DNA from: Patellaria atrata CBS 101060 | Taxonomy: Eukaryota | NCBI GenBank assembly: GCA_010093705.1 | Contig: MU006089.1 | Location: 1,056,455 to 1,120,454 of the forward strand | Length of the DNA: 64,000 nucleotides | Direction: 5' to 3' | In this document: piece by piece, positions 37,473 to 52,153 of the stretch | Layout of the letters: the number at the start of each line of letters is the position of its first letter | How positions within the stretch are numbered: position 1 is the stretch's first letter | Translations under genes and position numbers: made by a program | The notes under the pieces: model-generated | The model's database searches: none | What the model was told of the DNA's origin: nothing | The model's input: the letters and a program-made list of their open reading frames with translations, nothing else

Positions 37473-40400
37473 ATGGCGGCGGTCTCTCTAAAGGCGGACG
37501 TTTGCGGCGCGACTTTACTGTCAGACTCTCTACCACACTCAGCTACCACCCCGTTACGAAAGTTCCTCGCCTTCGTCCAGTCTCTATTGCCGCAGGACCA
37601 AATAGAGGGGCCACGTCCCAAGAAACGACAACGTCGCAATGACAAAAGCGCTGCTAGTATTGTAGCGCATGATCTTGACGAGACGGAAAATAATGCGACG
37701 GTAGCAAGAATTAGTATCGATCTAGTACGTAAGAACATCTCCAGCCCTGCTTCTTCCCTAGCTAATCTTACCAGGAGTTCAAGAAGGACAAAAAGTACGA
37801 CAAGACAGATACTGGGGTAGAGTCAAATATCATCGCTACCACGTTTACTCTTCAGCACATTGACCGGGATTCGCACGATACTTATACCATTGCACTTTCG
37901 ACTCTAGAGACTCCATCCTCGTCGCTCGAGCTACAAGTAAGGTCTGCTAGCTTGGAGGGAGCATATGATCACTTAGAAAGGGCCGCAACTCTCTCACGGC
38001 GGAAATCTGATATAGCCTGGGTTCGCTTCAGGATTCTTCCCCCAACATCGGACAGACAGTTCTTCCAATTCGAGACATCGATACACTGGCGACTAGGCCG
38101 ATGGCTCGATATAAACCCAATCCACATCCGAAGAAATATTCAATTAAGAGTTGGGAAAGATATAGATCTCCTAAAAGCGTATTTCGGAGAGAATAAGGAT
38201 GGGAACTCCTCGTGGTCCTTACAGGACTTTTATGAAAATGTTCACGTTCCACCCGTAGATCTAAAACTCTCCCCGAAAATACAGGACAAAGTGATTGAAT
38301 GCATGCTCTATCCTTTCCAGAAGAGAGCTGTCAACTGGCTACTATGCCGGGAAGGAGTAGAATATCGAGGAGACGATCTAAAAGAAGTTGAGCGCAAGAC
38401 TTTTACCGTCGACCGACTTCCTCCATCTTTCTCGGTAGCGAAGGATGCTGATGGAAATCGAATCTTCGTAAGTCAACTGCAAGGGAAAATATCCAAGGAT
38501 CTCGCTTCCCTTCCAGAATCAAAGTGGCCTCTTTCGGGTGGGATATTGGCTGAAGAGATGGGACTAGGCAAAACCGTTGAACTTATTGCTTTGATGTGTC
38601 TCCACAAACGGCCGTTTACGGAAAAAGTAGTGTACGACGAATATTCCGGGTCCGACATTATTCCAACAGGAGGTACCCTTATCATCACACCCTCGTCTAT
38701 ATTGCAACAGTGGAAAAGTGAAATCAATACCCATGCGCCGCACCTGAAAGTCTACGAATACAAGGGTCTCCCTTCACCAAACGCGCCACAGAAGCTTCAA
38801 GCTGAGTCTACGGTCAACCATCTCATTCAGTACGATGTTGTACTAACAACCTACTCTGTCCTTTCTCGAGAAATCCATTATGCAACTCCTCCTCCCGAAC
38901 GGAACTTACGCCACGCCAAGCAGCACGAATCTCGCCGAAGTCCCCTCGTTCAAATATCATGGTGGCGCGTTTGCTTAGACGAAGCCCAAATGGTTGAAAG
39001 TGGTGTCAGCCAAGCAGCAACAGTTGCTCGTCTCGTTCCACGAATCAATGCATGGGCGGTATCAGGGACACCTCTCAAGAAAGATGTTCAAGATTTGTAC
39101 GGGCTTTTGATCTTTTTAAGATATGAACCATTCTGCAGTTCTAAAACACTATGGCAACGTGTAGATAAGGCTGTGTTCAAAGAGATTTTTAGTGAAATTG
39201 CTTTGCGACATACCAAGGACAAAGTTAGACAGGAATTGCGATTGCCTCCTCAACGTCGTGTTGTGATCACGGTCCCATTTACTGCTGTAGAGGAACAAAA
39301 TTACGGTCAGCTGGTGGAGCAGATGTGTGGTGAGTGCGGCTTGACCACGGATGGAGCCCCGGTCACTCCTGATTGGAACCCACAATCAGAGGCAGTGGTC
39401 GAACGAATGAGGGCTTGGTTAGTCCGCCTACGGCAAACTTGTCTACATCCTCATGTTGGGGCTCGCAATCGTAGAGCTTTAGGACGCAGTAAAGCGCCAC
39501 TTCGTAGTGTAGATGAGGTCTTGGAGGTCATGATCGAGCAAAACGAGACTAACCTTCGAGCGGAAGAACGTACATACCTGGTGTCTAAAGTGAATCGGGG
39601 ACAAATAATTGCAAACGATAAGAGTGATAATCATCGCAGCGAGAAGGCACTAGAGATCTATTTGGCTGCTCTCCAACAGGCTAATCATATTGTAGAAGAA
39701 TGCAGGCAAGAATTGGCCGCTGAGAAGCAGAAACAACAGGAAGCAGATAATGATGTAAATAGCGGCTCAACTGAGATCTCGGACGAGGAGAGCGACTCGG
39801 AAGGGAAGACGAAGGATAAGAATGCCCGAATCTCCACGCTTCAAAAAATGCTCCGTGGAGCTCTGGAGGTCCAACATGTCTGCTTGTTCTATGTCGCTAC
39901 CGCCTACTTTCAGATCAAGTCTAACGAAGACTTGACAAAGCCCGGATCGGAGGAATTCACGCGCTTAGAGGGTTATGAAATCGAATTCTACGATAAAGCA
40001 AAGGTCGTACGTAAGGAAATGCTGCAAGATAGTTCTTCGAAGGCCGAGAGCATGATGCGCAGAATCTCAGGAATGCAAAAAAAGTCTAAGTTAGCTGCGT
40101 GTGAAGAAATTGCTTTGATAGAGGATCGTGGCGGCATAGAGAACCGAAAGGTGCTAGAGAAGATGGACACGCTCTCAGAAATCCTGAACAAGCAGGCTAT
40201 CAGAATTAGCCAATGGAGGAGTAAGGTGCTCCAAATATTACTGTCACCTTTGGTCGACGAAGACGAAGGAAAAGACACTACAGGTGACGAATACGAAGAT
40301 TCCACGAAAATGCAAGACGAGCTCTACGTTTACATTACAGCTCTCAGAGCCATCATTGCCGATCGACATCTCGCAGTCAGTGGCCAATTAAATGTACTAA

Positions 40401-42039
40401 TTGAACACGAAACAAAGGAAGCAACCAAAACAGCAAAAGAAGGAGAAGGGCATGCCCCCGAACTCATGCTCAAGGTTATGGATGAGCGAGCAATTCTGAA
40501 ATCTACCTCACAGCAAGGCTGTCTCCGTGGAATTGTCTCTGAGGTTCGCTCTCTTGCGACCACCTTGCAGTGGCAAGCGGAGAACGGTAATAATCGTGCA
40601 GCATTGGAACTGGAAGTTGTCGAAAAGATGCTCAAAGACATCAATAGCGTACTTGGTGCCCAAAATAAACTGATAGCGGATCTAGAACGGGAGCTTGAAT
40701 CATTCAGATCAACAATGAATTTACGTCTGAGTTTCTATCGGCAGCTACAGGAAATCTCAGATACTGTTGCACCGATAAAAGAGGACCTCGACCCTCAGCT
40801 TGATAAAGTAGCTTTACGCTCTCATCAACAGCGTGAGGAAAAGGCAAGCGAGAAGCTATCGGGTCTAAAGACAAAACGTCGATTCCTGCTCCATTTAAGG
40901 TCCGAAGCAAATAACGATGAGGATTCGAAAATTTGCGTAATCTGCCAATCTAATTTCGAGACGGGTGTTCTCACTGTGTGCGGCCACCAATATTGTAAGG
41001 ACTGTATTCGTATGTGGTGGTCGCAACATCGTACTTGTCCTGTAAGTCTAATATTCAGCATCATAATAATTAAACGATGTGCTAACTACCTAAGGTTTGT
41101 AAACGTCGCCTTGGGCTTGCTGATTTCCATGACATTACGTTCAAACCGCAGGAAATCCGCGCCCAAGAGGAGTATAATCAACCAACCTCACATGAAAAGC
41201 GTGCATCACCTGCTCTACAAGTTTCGATATATTCGGATATGAATAGCACGATTATGAATGAAATCAAATCCATTGATTTGAATGGGGCTTACGGGACCAA
41301 GATCGACATGATCGCGCGACATATTCATTGGATACGTGAGCATGATCCAGGGTCGAAGTCAATCATTTTCTCACAATACAGTGATTTCCTTCAGGTCCTT
41401 GAAGGTGCCTTCCATCATTTCAAGATCAGTTGTACCAGTATCAGCAGCAAAAATGGAATCGAGAAGTTCAAGAAAGACCCCAGCGTAGAGTGTTTCTTAT
41501 TGGATGCAAAGGCCGATTCTTCCGGCTTGAATCTCGTCAACGCAACACATGTGTTTTTATGCGAACCGCTTATCAATGCTGCAATTGAATTACAGGCAAT
41601 AGCTCGTGTTCATAGAATCGGTCAACAGCGCCCAACAACAGTCTATATGTATCTTATCAACGATACTGTAGAGGAAGCTATCTACGACATTTCGGTCTCG
41701 CGCCGGCTAGAGCACATTGGACGATTCAAACTTAAAGGGAAGGAAACGACAAGGTCAGGCCGTGTCACGCCCATTCTACAAGAAAGTACCATCGATGCGG
41801 CAAACTCGTTGGAGCTTCAACAGGCACCTATCTCCAAGCTTCTCGTCAAAGGCAAGGGCGGAGGGGAAGTAGTGGAGAAGGGAGATCTGTGGAATTGCTT
41901 ATTCGGTAAACCGCGTAGACGGCAAGCTGGCGTCTCGCAGCAATTGGAGATGGAAGTGAACCGATACGTCAGGGCTGAGGCGGCTGAGGAACGTCGAATC
42001 ACGTCAACCGATGAGTTGTCCGGAAGGTCCTCCTCGTGA
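37473..42039 (+). CDS. SNF2-family ATPase with RING finger, IRC20/SHPRH-like. Exons ~37473-37724, 37775-41041, 41095-42039
   Basis: Motifs LYPFQKRAV, GGILAEEMGLGKT, WWRVCLDEAQ, SGTP, RING CVIC...CGHQYCKDC...CP|VC, SGLNL and QAIARVHRIGQ. Confidence 0.92.
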
Positions 42040-43942
42040 TCTACGGCCATCCTTATCCGTCAAGGTCCGATGATATGCAGCCAGAAAACCGAATGCTTAC
42101 GTTGTGTGCGCTGTATTGATACATGCATCGTTTGTGAGATTTCCTAACTGGGGTCGCCGCTTTATGGGATAGAGATATAGATACCAGCTGTGATGATTGG
42201 AAGGGTATCAGTTGCAGTGAATGGGACCGCGCGTTCCCCTATTTTTCTTCTTATATTTTTCTTTTCTTGAAAACTCTAGTTGTTTTCATGATTATCGTGA
42301 CTGGTAAAAGCCTAAACGGCCATCTCGTTCACATATTTAAAAACGAGTACCTGTACGATATAGGTGAAAGTAAAGTAGAATAAAAATAAGCAGAAAGTGG
42401 ACTTCTGAGACGGCTCTTGGAAGATCGGGGCTAAACGGTCGGATCACCTCCAGATCTGGTATTATAGATCTCATCAAACTTCGGACCCGTTTGAGGCATG
42501 GACCAGATGTGTACTTCAGTGGTAAGGTGGTGAAGCTTCTCAGTGATGATGGGACGAACTCGCTCGATTTTCGTCTTGGATTATCTCCACAAGTTGCTAT
42601 CAAATTGGTTGAGTACTATACTTCTACGGAGTAACCCCCTTGACCTTGAACGTGTAGGTGCATTCATACGCTGCCATCTACCTACCTTAGTTCTAGCGAG
42701 TGAGGAGGTAGTGGTGTAATAACCCCTCGTTGAACCTTTTCGTGTGATCAGAAAAAGTCCGTCCAAGGGTCCAAGGGAAACATGTGCAGGCTGTGCTCCA
42801 TCAGTGTCCCCCCGTACGCGCGAGTCGTTGGTCCCTGTCTGACGTTACTAAATAAAAGCCGATTCCCCAGACTCGTCGAACAAGCTTTTCGGGCCAGACA
42901 TTCACTGCATTTCTTACAGACTTAACAGGAATTCAGCGAGACCATCCTCGTTCAACTTTCAACAACTAGACAGATATCGTTCGTAGGGCCTTGTACGTTT
43001 GTCGAACTTGTAATAGTCGATTCTTGTCTATCTTCCGATGCCATAGATCTAGAACACTTTCTCGTTCTCCCCATCTTTACAGAACCTCTACCTCCCCCTG
43101 CCGAACTCACCCAGCCAGCGATCTTCAGTTCTGTTCACCGTTCCCGGCACTTCGTCACTGAAAACACCGAATCAGTGTCTTCTGGGCCTTGGGTTGTTAG
43201 ACTCTCATCTGAGTCTTGTCCCGCCGCCAAGTCAAGTAGGCCAAGAGAGCCAGTCCAAGAAGCTTATGTATGCCACCACCCTTTTCCTTTCATTCTGTCA
43301 TCTGCCCAAGTCTATCAAGTCCCATCAAGTCCGTCCGTACGGGGTGTTGTTGCTCTGTCGCGGCCGTATTTCGCCCCCTATCATCAGTTGCTTCTCATCC
43401 CATCTCTCGGCTCTCGCTGGGCGATGGGAACCACACATAGTCATCCTCTCTTACCTCAATGCACTGCCACAGTACGGCCGCGCAATGTGATGAGAATGTT
43501 CAACTTCTCAGTTATTGCCACGAGCATCCTACGTCAGCATCAATGCTCTCACTGATGGTTTCCGCAGTCTGTCCCTTAGTAACCACCACCCATCGAACCC
43601 AGCTGCTGTCGCGCATCCAATCCTCCGGTGTTCAGTATCTTATTCGCTCGCGCGTTCCTTGATCTCAATACCTAGAATACGACCTTCCACAGATACCCTC
43701 GAGTTATTCCTAGCCGAAGAATTCCAGATCAGGTATCCACTTGCAATTCGAAAACTACACATTCAGGTGGGGTAGGCTTCGTTAAGCGTACAACGAGAAC
43801 CGGCGCATCTTTTACCTTGGAATAACCGTTGGGAGCTTGCCAGATTCGGAATCAATAAAGGTGTGTAGGTGCGAGCTGGAACCGTGCGAGCTCCTGTGTA
43901 TCCTTTGCGGGTAACCGCATGATGTGAGCGGTGAAACCGAGT

Positions 43943-46390
43943 ATGCCGTCTAATTCATCGCGTGATCCAATTCTGTCCAAATCCACTCCCCCGGGTCGTT
44001 CTCTGCTCTCGAGAATCAAATCACCTTTCAACTCCAAGTCACGGAACGCTACTGAGTTCTATGTTCAGCCGGATGATCCTCATCGACAATATTCCCCAGG
44101 TGACATCGTCAGTGGATCCGTGATACTTAAGCTTTTTCGCCCAGTACGGGTCACCCACATCGTTGTTTGTCTACACGGATACGTACAGGTGTACCGAAAC
44201 CCCAATTCACCTGGAGATATCATCCGGAAGCATGGCATCGGACCAGCAGCTGGCAAAGGAAAAAGATCTGGAGGGTACTTTGGCAATGGTTTCGCCACAC
44301 TGTTTGAGGATGAGGTGGTTCTTTGTGGGGAGGGCAGATTGGGCGAGGGCATGTATCAATTTAACTTTGAGCTAGAATTCCCTTCCAAAGGTCTTCCCAG
44401 TAGTATCGATGTAAGTCTGTGGGATTAGTCTGGCCCCTAATTGCCACTAATAATATCTTAGTTTGAGAGGGGCACCATTTCTTATATGATTACATCGACA
44501 ATGACTAAGCCTACGACGATATCTCCTACGATGTCGTGTGACACGAAAATATGGCTTATAGAAGACATTGATATTGCACCAATAGTGAGTCCGAAACCTC
44601 GAGTAATATCACTAGAACCGATATCCCGGAGGTCAAGAGCCAAAAGTAGTGCTATAAAGCGCGTAGGAGGAGTTTCTGAATCTATACACAAGGGACAAAC
44701 GACTTCTGAACCCTCTAGGAGCAGTCGATTCTCTGAATTAAGTAGTACCCAGGAAGACACCGAGTCCCCGGAGAGCCCGACACCCAGTGATGTCAGTTAC
44801 GAGAGTGGAGTATCAAGTGGGAATGGATCAACCCTGGAAACCGGTGGTCCATTATCCATCATGACTGGCGACAGCTCAAGACTTGGTCTTAGCAAAGGCC
44901 ATCGTCATAAGAAGACTATAACAGCTACCATCGAACTGCTGAAAGCTGGTTTTCTTAGAGGTGATAATATTCCTTTGAAGATCTCAGTCAAGCATACGAA
45001 ACCAGTGAAAAGCGTACGCGGCATAATTGTCACACTCTATAGACAGGCTCGTGTTGACATGCACCCGGCTCTACCTGTCGTAACCGCGGGTGATGGTGAC
45101 CGCAAGATGGAAGACGTCTATCCCAAATCACGTACAGGATTGGGAGGTTTGTCATTATCATCAGCTGGATCTAGTCACTTATTCAGAAAAGATCTCTCTC
45201 AATCATTTGCGCCCCTATATGTGGATCCGATCGCCAAAACAGCCGAAATCAAGGCTGCGGTACGGGTTCCGGATGAGGCATTTTCAACTATTTCCTGTGT
45301 ACCAGGCGCCATGATCACGTTCAAGTACCACGTGGAGGTTGTGGTAGACATCCAAGGTAAGCTCCAGGGACTGGATAAGTACTTTACAAATGCCGGCATC
45401 ATGGGTGTTCCTAGCGACTATGGAAACATCCCTGGGATGGGTAGAGCAGAAGATGCGAGTGGCAGTTTTCTTGCCGCTTGGGGTAGCAATTTCATCGATA
45501 CGGAACACATTCGACGGGATAAAAGCGTCGTTTGTTGCGTCTTTGAAGTTGTTGTTGGCACAAGAGATAGTGAGAGGAAAAAAGGTAAACAACGGGCGGA
45601 CCTGAACCAAGGCACTGCTCAGAGCCACTATGACCCTTATGACAACCACGTCCAAGAAATTCAAATCCCGGACTATGATCAACAATATTCACAAGCTACC
45701 CCCGAGGGGGAACCTTTGGGTTACGGTTATGGTCCAGCACATGACATAGCTCACCATGACTATTACTATCCAAATTATCACGGAGCCAATGATTATGCAC
45801 AAATACCCCCAGAAGGGCAGCCATTAGAGAATTCAGCATACCCTTTACCACAGCAAGAGGACGAGGGGCAACTTACGGAAAAAGAACGCCTCAGGAGAGC
45901 CGAAGCCCGACTATTACCTAGTCATCCTCCGGATCAAGATACAGAATCCTCCACTTCTGCAGCAGCACTTGCCCCTTCAGCGCCTGATTTTAGTCCAGTA
46001 GAGCACACTGTATTACCACTACGTCCGTCGGCACCTCCAGATAATTCTGAGTCGATCGCAGTCTCCCCTTATACGAATCATATCGATAACCTTTTGGTCA
46101 GTCATGGTCTACGGCCGAGTGCACCGAAATATGAGGAAACTGAGCAAGCAGAAGCTTCATCAAGTGCGGCGAAAGCTGTACCTACGGATGACAAAGCAGA
46201 GCTCCAACGGCGTCGTCTAGAAATGGAACGCAGTTCACCTCAAGACGGCCAAGACGTTGAGGCCAGCGGGAGCGGGACATCGAACAGCTTCACGCCGACT
46301 GCACCTACAATAAGAGATGAAGAAGAAGGATTTGGCTTTCACGAAGACGCTAGCCGTGATGACCCCGTATTACCAAAATATGAAAGATGA
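43943..46390 (+). CDS. palF: Arrestin-like pH-response regulator PalF/Rim8. Exons ~43943-44410 and 44462-46390
   Basis: Arrestin N domain (DDPHRQYSPGD, LPSSID|FERGTISY), YPKSRTGLGGLSLSSAGS, EKERLRRAEARLLPS, TDDKAELQRRRL and C-terminal LPKYER. Confidence 0.92.
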
Positions 46391-47278
46391 TCTCAGCATG
46401 GCGTTACTGGCGTTCGATAAATACATTATGACTGAAGCTTGGCCGGCTGCACTTTGTTTTGGGTACTTTGATGACTTGTTTAGGATGTTCGCATTTGATA
46501 CCATGAGGTTATATTAACCTTTGTTTCCGAATGGTTAAAGGACAATTGATGAGTGTGGCAGGAGGGATGTGTCGTCTCTCTCTTTGTCAATATCAGGTGT
46601 ACGTAGATATGCGCTTAAATGACGTAGATGTCTATTAATGCAGCGAGAAATGGGTGATGAAATTCATCTGAAGATAGTAAAAAGTGCATCTGAGTAGCAG
46701 TGTAAGATCACAGATCTTGTTCGCAGTCAAATAGTTGTACAATAATTGTACAGCGCAGCACTGTGGTAGTGTACTTCTGTACAGCATGAGGGAGTGACGT
46801 TGGGCAGCCCCACGATCCCACCCCCTAAGCTCTACCGCCACCTCATGTTCAACCGCTACCAGGGGTCGATAAACCCCTACAAGTACTTGCGTATTCTATA
46901 ATCCCTACTTTTTGTTTGACCCTCCACTTCTATGATCGCATCACGAAGTAGTCCTTACTGTACTCTTGTGCTTCTGCGGAACTAAAGTCAAACTTATTTG
47001 AGCTCTTAAGAGAAGCTCGACGGTAAACTGATACATGACCGACTCATTCGCTGATTAGTAGAACCACGCAGCTAGCTACGGGCTTACGCGCGGTAATCGG
47101 AGTCGACCGACTGAAGATTGCTTTCAATAAAGGACAAGCCCCATCCGCTTGCCTATTCAAATGACCTGTTTCCTCTCTTTTTACGATTTGATAATCGATT
47201 GCGGGTGAGGTGTGCAATTATATGAACAGACTGAACTGTGAGAAGGAACATACGAGTATTCAAAGGTCACTAGGCACT

Positions 47279-49793
47279 ATGGGAGAACGTGAGGCGATGG
47301 AGTATAACGAAAAGGTGGAACGCATAAGGAAGACTGAGTACCCCATGTTGGCTGGTATGTTAACTTCAACTACGTGAATGTGAGTACTGAGATCTTACAG
47401 GTACTACATACCTCGACCATGCGGGAACCACCCTATATGCGAAATCCCTCATAGAACGTTTCTCTGCTAGTATGATCTCAAATTTATACGGCAATCCTCA
47501 CTCGGCTTCCACATCGTCCCAGTTGTCTACGAGGAGAATAGAAGATATACGACTGCGGCTTCTAAGTCTCTTCAATGCTGACCCAGAGACCTTTGACGTG
47601 GTATTCGTGGCGAACGCAACTGCTGGCATCAAACTCGTAGCAGATGGTTTTAGGGATCACGGAACCGGATTCTGGTATGGCTATCATCGGGATGCGCATA
47701 CAAGTTTAGTAGGAGTTCGTGAACTCGCACAGAAGCATCGATGCTTTGGTACGGATGCTGATGTCGAGAGCTGGCTTGAAAAGCCCGAAGAGCTGGATAT
47801 CGCCGCGCTCTTTGCGTATCCCGCACAGTCTAATATGACAGGATATCGCCTTCCTTTAGATTGGTGTAGACGGATACGTGCTCTTTCACAGGAATCTCCT
47901 CGTAGAATCTTTACATTACTTGACGCCGCAGCGCTTGTATCGACTTCCCGACTGGATCTTAATGACTCTGAAGTGGCACCAGACTTTACTGTGCTGAGCC
48001 TCCATAAAATCTTTGGTTTCCCGGACCTTGGAGCCCTGATTGTCCGAAAGGAGTCCGGTACCATTTTGGAAAGTCGGAAGTACTTTGGCGGCGGCACAGT
48101 GGACATGGTCCTCTGCTTAAGAGAACAATGGCATGCCAAGAAGTCAGACACGTTGCACGATCGACTTGAAGATGGAACATTACCAATCCACAGTATCATG
48201 GCTTTAGATGCCGCTATGGATGTGCATGAGAAACTATTTGAATCACTCGATCGCATCGCACAGCATACAGCGTTTCTAGCAAAGCGCCTATACGACGGAT
48301 TATCGAGTCTTCGGCATGGGAATGGACGCTCGGTCTGCAAGATTTACAAAGAGAGCTCTAGTGTCTATGGTGATCCACATAGTCAAGGTCCTATCGTGTC
48401 ATTCAACATTCGTAACAGTGAAGAGGCTTGGGTGAGTAATGGCGAGTTTGAGAAGCTAACTACAGTCAAAGATATCCAAGTACGGACAGGAGGTGTCTGT
48501 AATCCTGCCGGAATCTCGTCCTATCTTGGACTTGCACCCTGGGAGATGAGAGAAAACTTCTCAGCAGGGCAGCGATGCGGGAACGAGTACGATATCCTAG
48601 GTGGTAAACCAACTGGTGTTATCCGGGTTAGCTTAGGTGCAATGAGTACGATCCGAGACATCGATAACTTCCTCGACTTCATACATGACTTCTTCGTGGA
48701 CCTAACAGCGGTATCGGATACAGAAGTCAACTACCCGCTCACTCTACCCCGCGAGCTAGCTAGCTTTTACGTGGAATCACTTACGGTATATCCCATCAAG
48801 AGCTGTGCTGGTTGGAAGATCCCCGTCAATACTCCATGGGAAATTCGAGACGTTGGTCTTGCTTGGGATAGAGAATGGTGTTTAGTTCATGCGGGAACCG
48901 GTACAGCACTGAGTCAGAAACGTTACCCACGCATGGCATTGATCAGACCGTCAATTGACCTAGTGGATGGTGTTATGAGGGTTAGAGTTGTAGGATCTGA
49001 GCATGAGATCTCCGTACCGCTTTCGGCGAATCCAACATATTTCGTCGAGGAGGATGGCTTCCGTAGTCGAACAACCAATGTGTGTGGAGACACTATAACC
49101 GCCAATGAGTACAAGTCTGAAGGACTTTCGGATTATTTCACACAAGCACTGGGTGTGGCGTGTCGATTAGCACGGTTCCCTTCAGTTGGTAACTCCGCAT
49201 TGTCATCCAGACATTCGAAAGCGCATCTACAGCAACACCAACGGTCGTCTACTAGGAATATGCCGGGCGCCTTCCCAGACGGGCGGATAGCAGAGGAGGT
49301 CATGACAAGGCCTATACTCTTGTCGAATGAAAGTCCTATACTGACCATATCCCGTTCAAGTCTCAATCGACTCAACGAACAAATCAAGATGAGTGGCGGC
49401 AAAGCAGCGCAAGCAGAAGTATTTCGAGCCAACATCGTCGTGGCTGAAGATCTCAGATCTGTACCAGGGACTGAGCAACCGTACGTGGAGGATAGTTGGC
49501 GCTATATGCAAATCGGAAATCAGTACTTCCAGATGCTCGGTTCATGCCGTCGCTGTCAGATGGTTTGTGTTGATCAAGAAACGGCTATCAAGAACCAAGA
49601 GCCGTTTGTTACGTTAGTGAAGACGCGGCGCTTTGATGGTAAGGTGTATTTTGGGCAGCATACATGCCATATCCAGGGTTTGGCAGAGTCGTCTACAAGC
49701 GCCCAGTATCCCACTATCAAAGTTGGGGATGCGGTGCAGTCTTTCGGGGTAGATGACGATTTGGAGCGATTTAGGTCTGGTCAAGTAGGATAG
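47279..49793 (+). CDS. hxB: Molybdenum cofactor sulfurase (NifS-like PLP domain plus MOSC). Intron 47355-47400; alternative in-frame ATG at 47222
   Basis: Motifs EYPML, TYLDHAGTTLY, YGNPHS, LDAAA, SLHKIFGFPDLGAL, RTGGVCNP, VYPIKSC, WDREW, FRANIV and CRRCQMVCVDQ. Confidence 0.94.
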
Positions 49794-51466
49794 TAAGTGT
49801 TCTTAGTAGCGGTCATATCACTAGAACTAGTTAAAGACATTCATCTCTACGTGTATATATTGGATTTCGGAAACTACGCCGTCAATAAGCCTTTCAGATT
49901 CCGAGATTCAACTTTCACCGGTCACGATATTGGGAACATATGCAGCCGCATGAATAACCATGTCGTACACATGGCATTACGTCGTCGACTGGGTGTAAGT
50001 GCACCGTTGGTTGGTTCATTCTGGGCTTTCGAATCTTCAAAGCCGCTGTCATATATGAGCTACCCGCAATCCCACTCGCAACAATCGGTATGGTAATTGG
50101 TGTATTCTGTTTTGATTGATGTATATAGGACTACTGAAGGGCTATAATGGTCCAAATAGGGAAAGGCGGGTATCTAAGCGCTGTACACCGATGACAGCGA
50201 AGGGGAACGATGACTGGCTCTGCCACTGCCACAGCTCTCTCCTCCAACCCGCAAGCAGGCGCTGGCTTGAGAGCGCATCGCCATTTCTATTCAAACCATA
50301 GATTGGTAAATGTCGGTAGGATATCCAACAGTCATATCCATACTTGGACGACCAAGGCCCCTCGGAAGTGTATGAGGGTGGTAGCGCGCGCAGAAACAAA
50401 ACGAAATAAACAGGTGTAGCGGCTGGAGAAGGTAGGGTAAAAGAAGATAAAATCGAACAGTATGCCGTGAGCACAAAGTTATTTTTCGACACGATCATCA
50501 CTTTTGCATTTGCAACCCTCACACCTGGCTCTCTGGTTAGAGCATCTTATCCCTCTCTTCTTCTCAAACATCTACCTCGTGTTACAGCCTCAATTACGGC
50601 CCCCCATTTGACCTTAAAACATCACCTAGACGGCTGGTCCACGTTGAAAAGGGTGTTTCAGAAACTATTCTGAGAATCCGAACAGTCGTTCCCCAGGACC
50701 TCAACATATTCTTGTCGTCAGCTTTTCGGCCACCAAGGAAAGACGACTGTTTGAAGAGATTCTCATCACCAACCCGACTGGCTTGGAGTGACCTTTTGAT
50801 TCGACCTTGCTGCTGTGCTGCTACGAATCTCATCCAATCAGTTCACAGTTTCTCATTGGAGAACTGTTTTGGTTGTTTCGAGGCACTGCAAGGAGAAGAA
50901 ACGAATCACATCGCAATCTCAAACATCTCAGAGAGAAAGCTGCCTGAGGGATTCACACCCAATCAGACCGACTGACGCTCTCCTCCTTTTTTGTTCTAAG
51001 CCTCGATCATTTTCACTCGTCCGTTTCGGAAAGCAAGTCGACCAACCAGATCCCGTTGAGCCTGGTAGCAATTGGCAAGTCACCCGAAAGAGTCGGCGGC
51101 TGTTTTGCAACACCAGCTTGCTGTTTTAGAACCACTTTTGCCTCTTGGCGTGTGTCTCTGCACACCCAGCTGCAGCTTCGGCCTTGTACGCGCCCATCCC
51201 AAAATAGCCTCAACTCCCACTTGAATCGTGACCTTACCTTGCTCCACAAAGAAACAATCTTGCTTTGGCCAAGGTAAGCTTTTTATTCCAACAAGTACCT
51301 GATAACATATACTTCTTCTCCTTCTTCTTCCTACTCTACCTTTACCTTTTACCTCTTCAACGCGGCTCACCACCGGTTCGTAGGTTATTGTCGCATACTG
51401 TTTGACTGCACGTCATTCGTTAATACGCTTCGGTCACTCCCTCTCCGGAAGCAGCAGCATTCAGTC

Positions 51467-52153
51467 ATGGCAACCACAACTACGAAACCTCAGCTATCCG
51501 CGCTGAAGACCCCAGCATCCGCCACATTCCCGTCCGAACTGCGCAGTCCTATGGTCGGTACTCCCACATACATTAAACTTGAAGATGGAAAGAAGACACC
51601 GATTACACCACCGGCAGCCTACGTCGACTTCCTTAAGGCTCTATCGCCAGTCCTAATGAGCCCTCTCGCGACAGGACAAAGCACAAAGTTCAACTTTACA
51701 TTCGAGAAGCCACTACCATCAGCTACCAGCGTACCAACGGATAGACCAAGCCCTACAAGAACCTCGTCAGCTCAGTCTTTTGCTTCTACTACTAGCAGTT
51801 GCTGTTCATGCAATCAAGACAAGAAGGAGAACCCAAAGCCAAAGCCAGTTGACTTGAGGGTCGCTGTACCCGATTCACCTTTCACACGTCCTCCTCCCAT
51901 GTCCGCACGCACTCCACGAAGATTACATATCCCGCAAAGCCCTTACTCGCCAGCTGGTATACGATCACCTCTAAGCGCCCATTCAGTTCACTCCCCGTAT
52001 AGTGCAGCAATGTCTCCCCGTGAATACCCTTGGGACAGCGAGACCGGAAGGAAACGTTCCGTTAGCGTCAGACAAGTCGTTACAAGGACCGTCACCTACT
52101 GCTCTACCCCTCTGGACCCAGCGCCAAAGGGTAAGAGGAGAAAGCTCGAATAG
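51467..52153 (+). CDS. Ser/Thr/Pro-rich hypothetical protein (228 aa) with a basic C-terminal NLS-like end
   Basis: Single ORF with GTCATGG start, many S/T-P sites, KTPITPPAAYVDFLK and RQVVTRTVTY...PLDPAPKGKRRKLE. Probable 5'UTR intron at ~51273-51383. Confidence 0.75.
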   Translation: MATTTTKPQLSALKTPASATFPSELRSPMVGTPTYIKLEDGKKTPITPPAAYVDFLKALSPVLMSPLATGQSTKFNFTFEKPLPSATSVPTDRPSPTRTSSAQSFASTTSSCCSCNQDKKENPKPKPVDLRVAVPDSPFTRPPPMSARTPRRLHIPQSPYSPAGIRSPLSAHSVHSPYSAAMSPREYPWDSETGRKRSVSVRQVVTRTVTYCSTPLDPAPKGKRRKLE

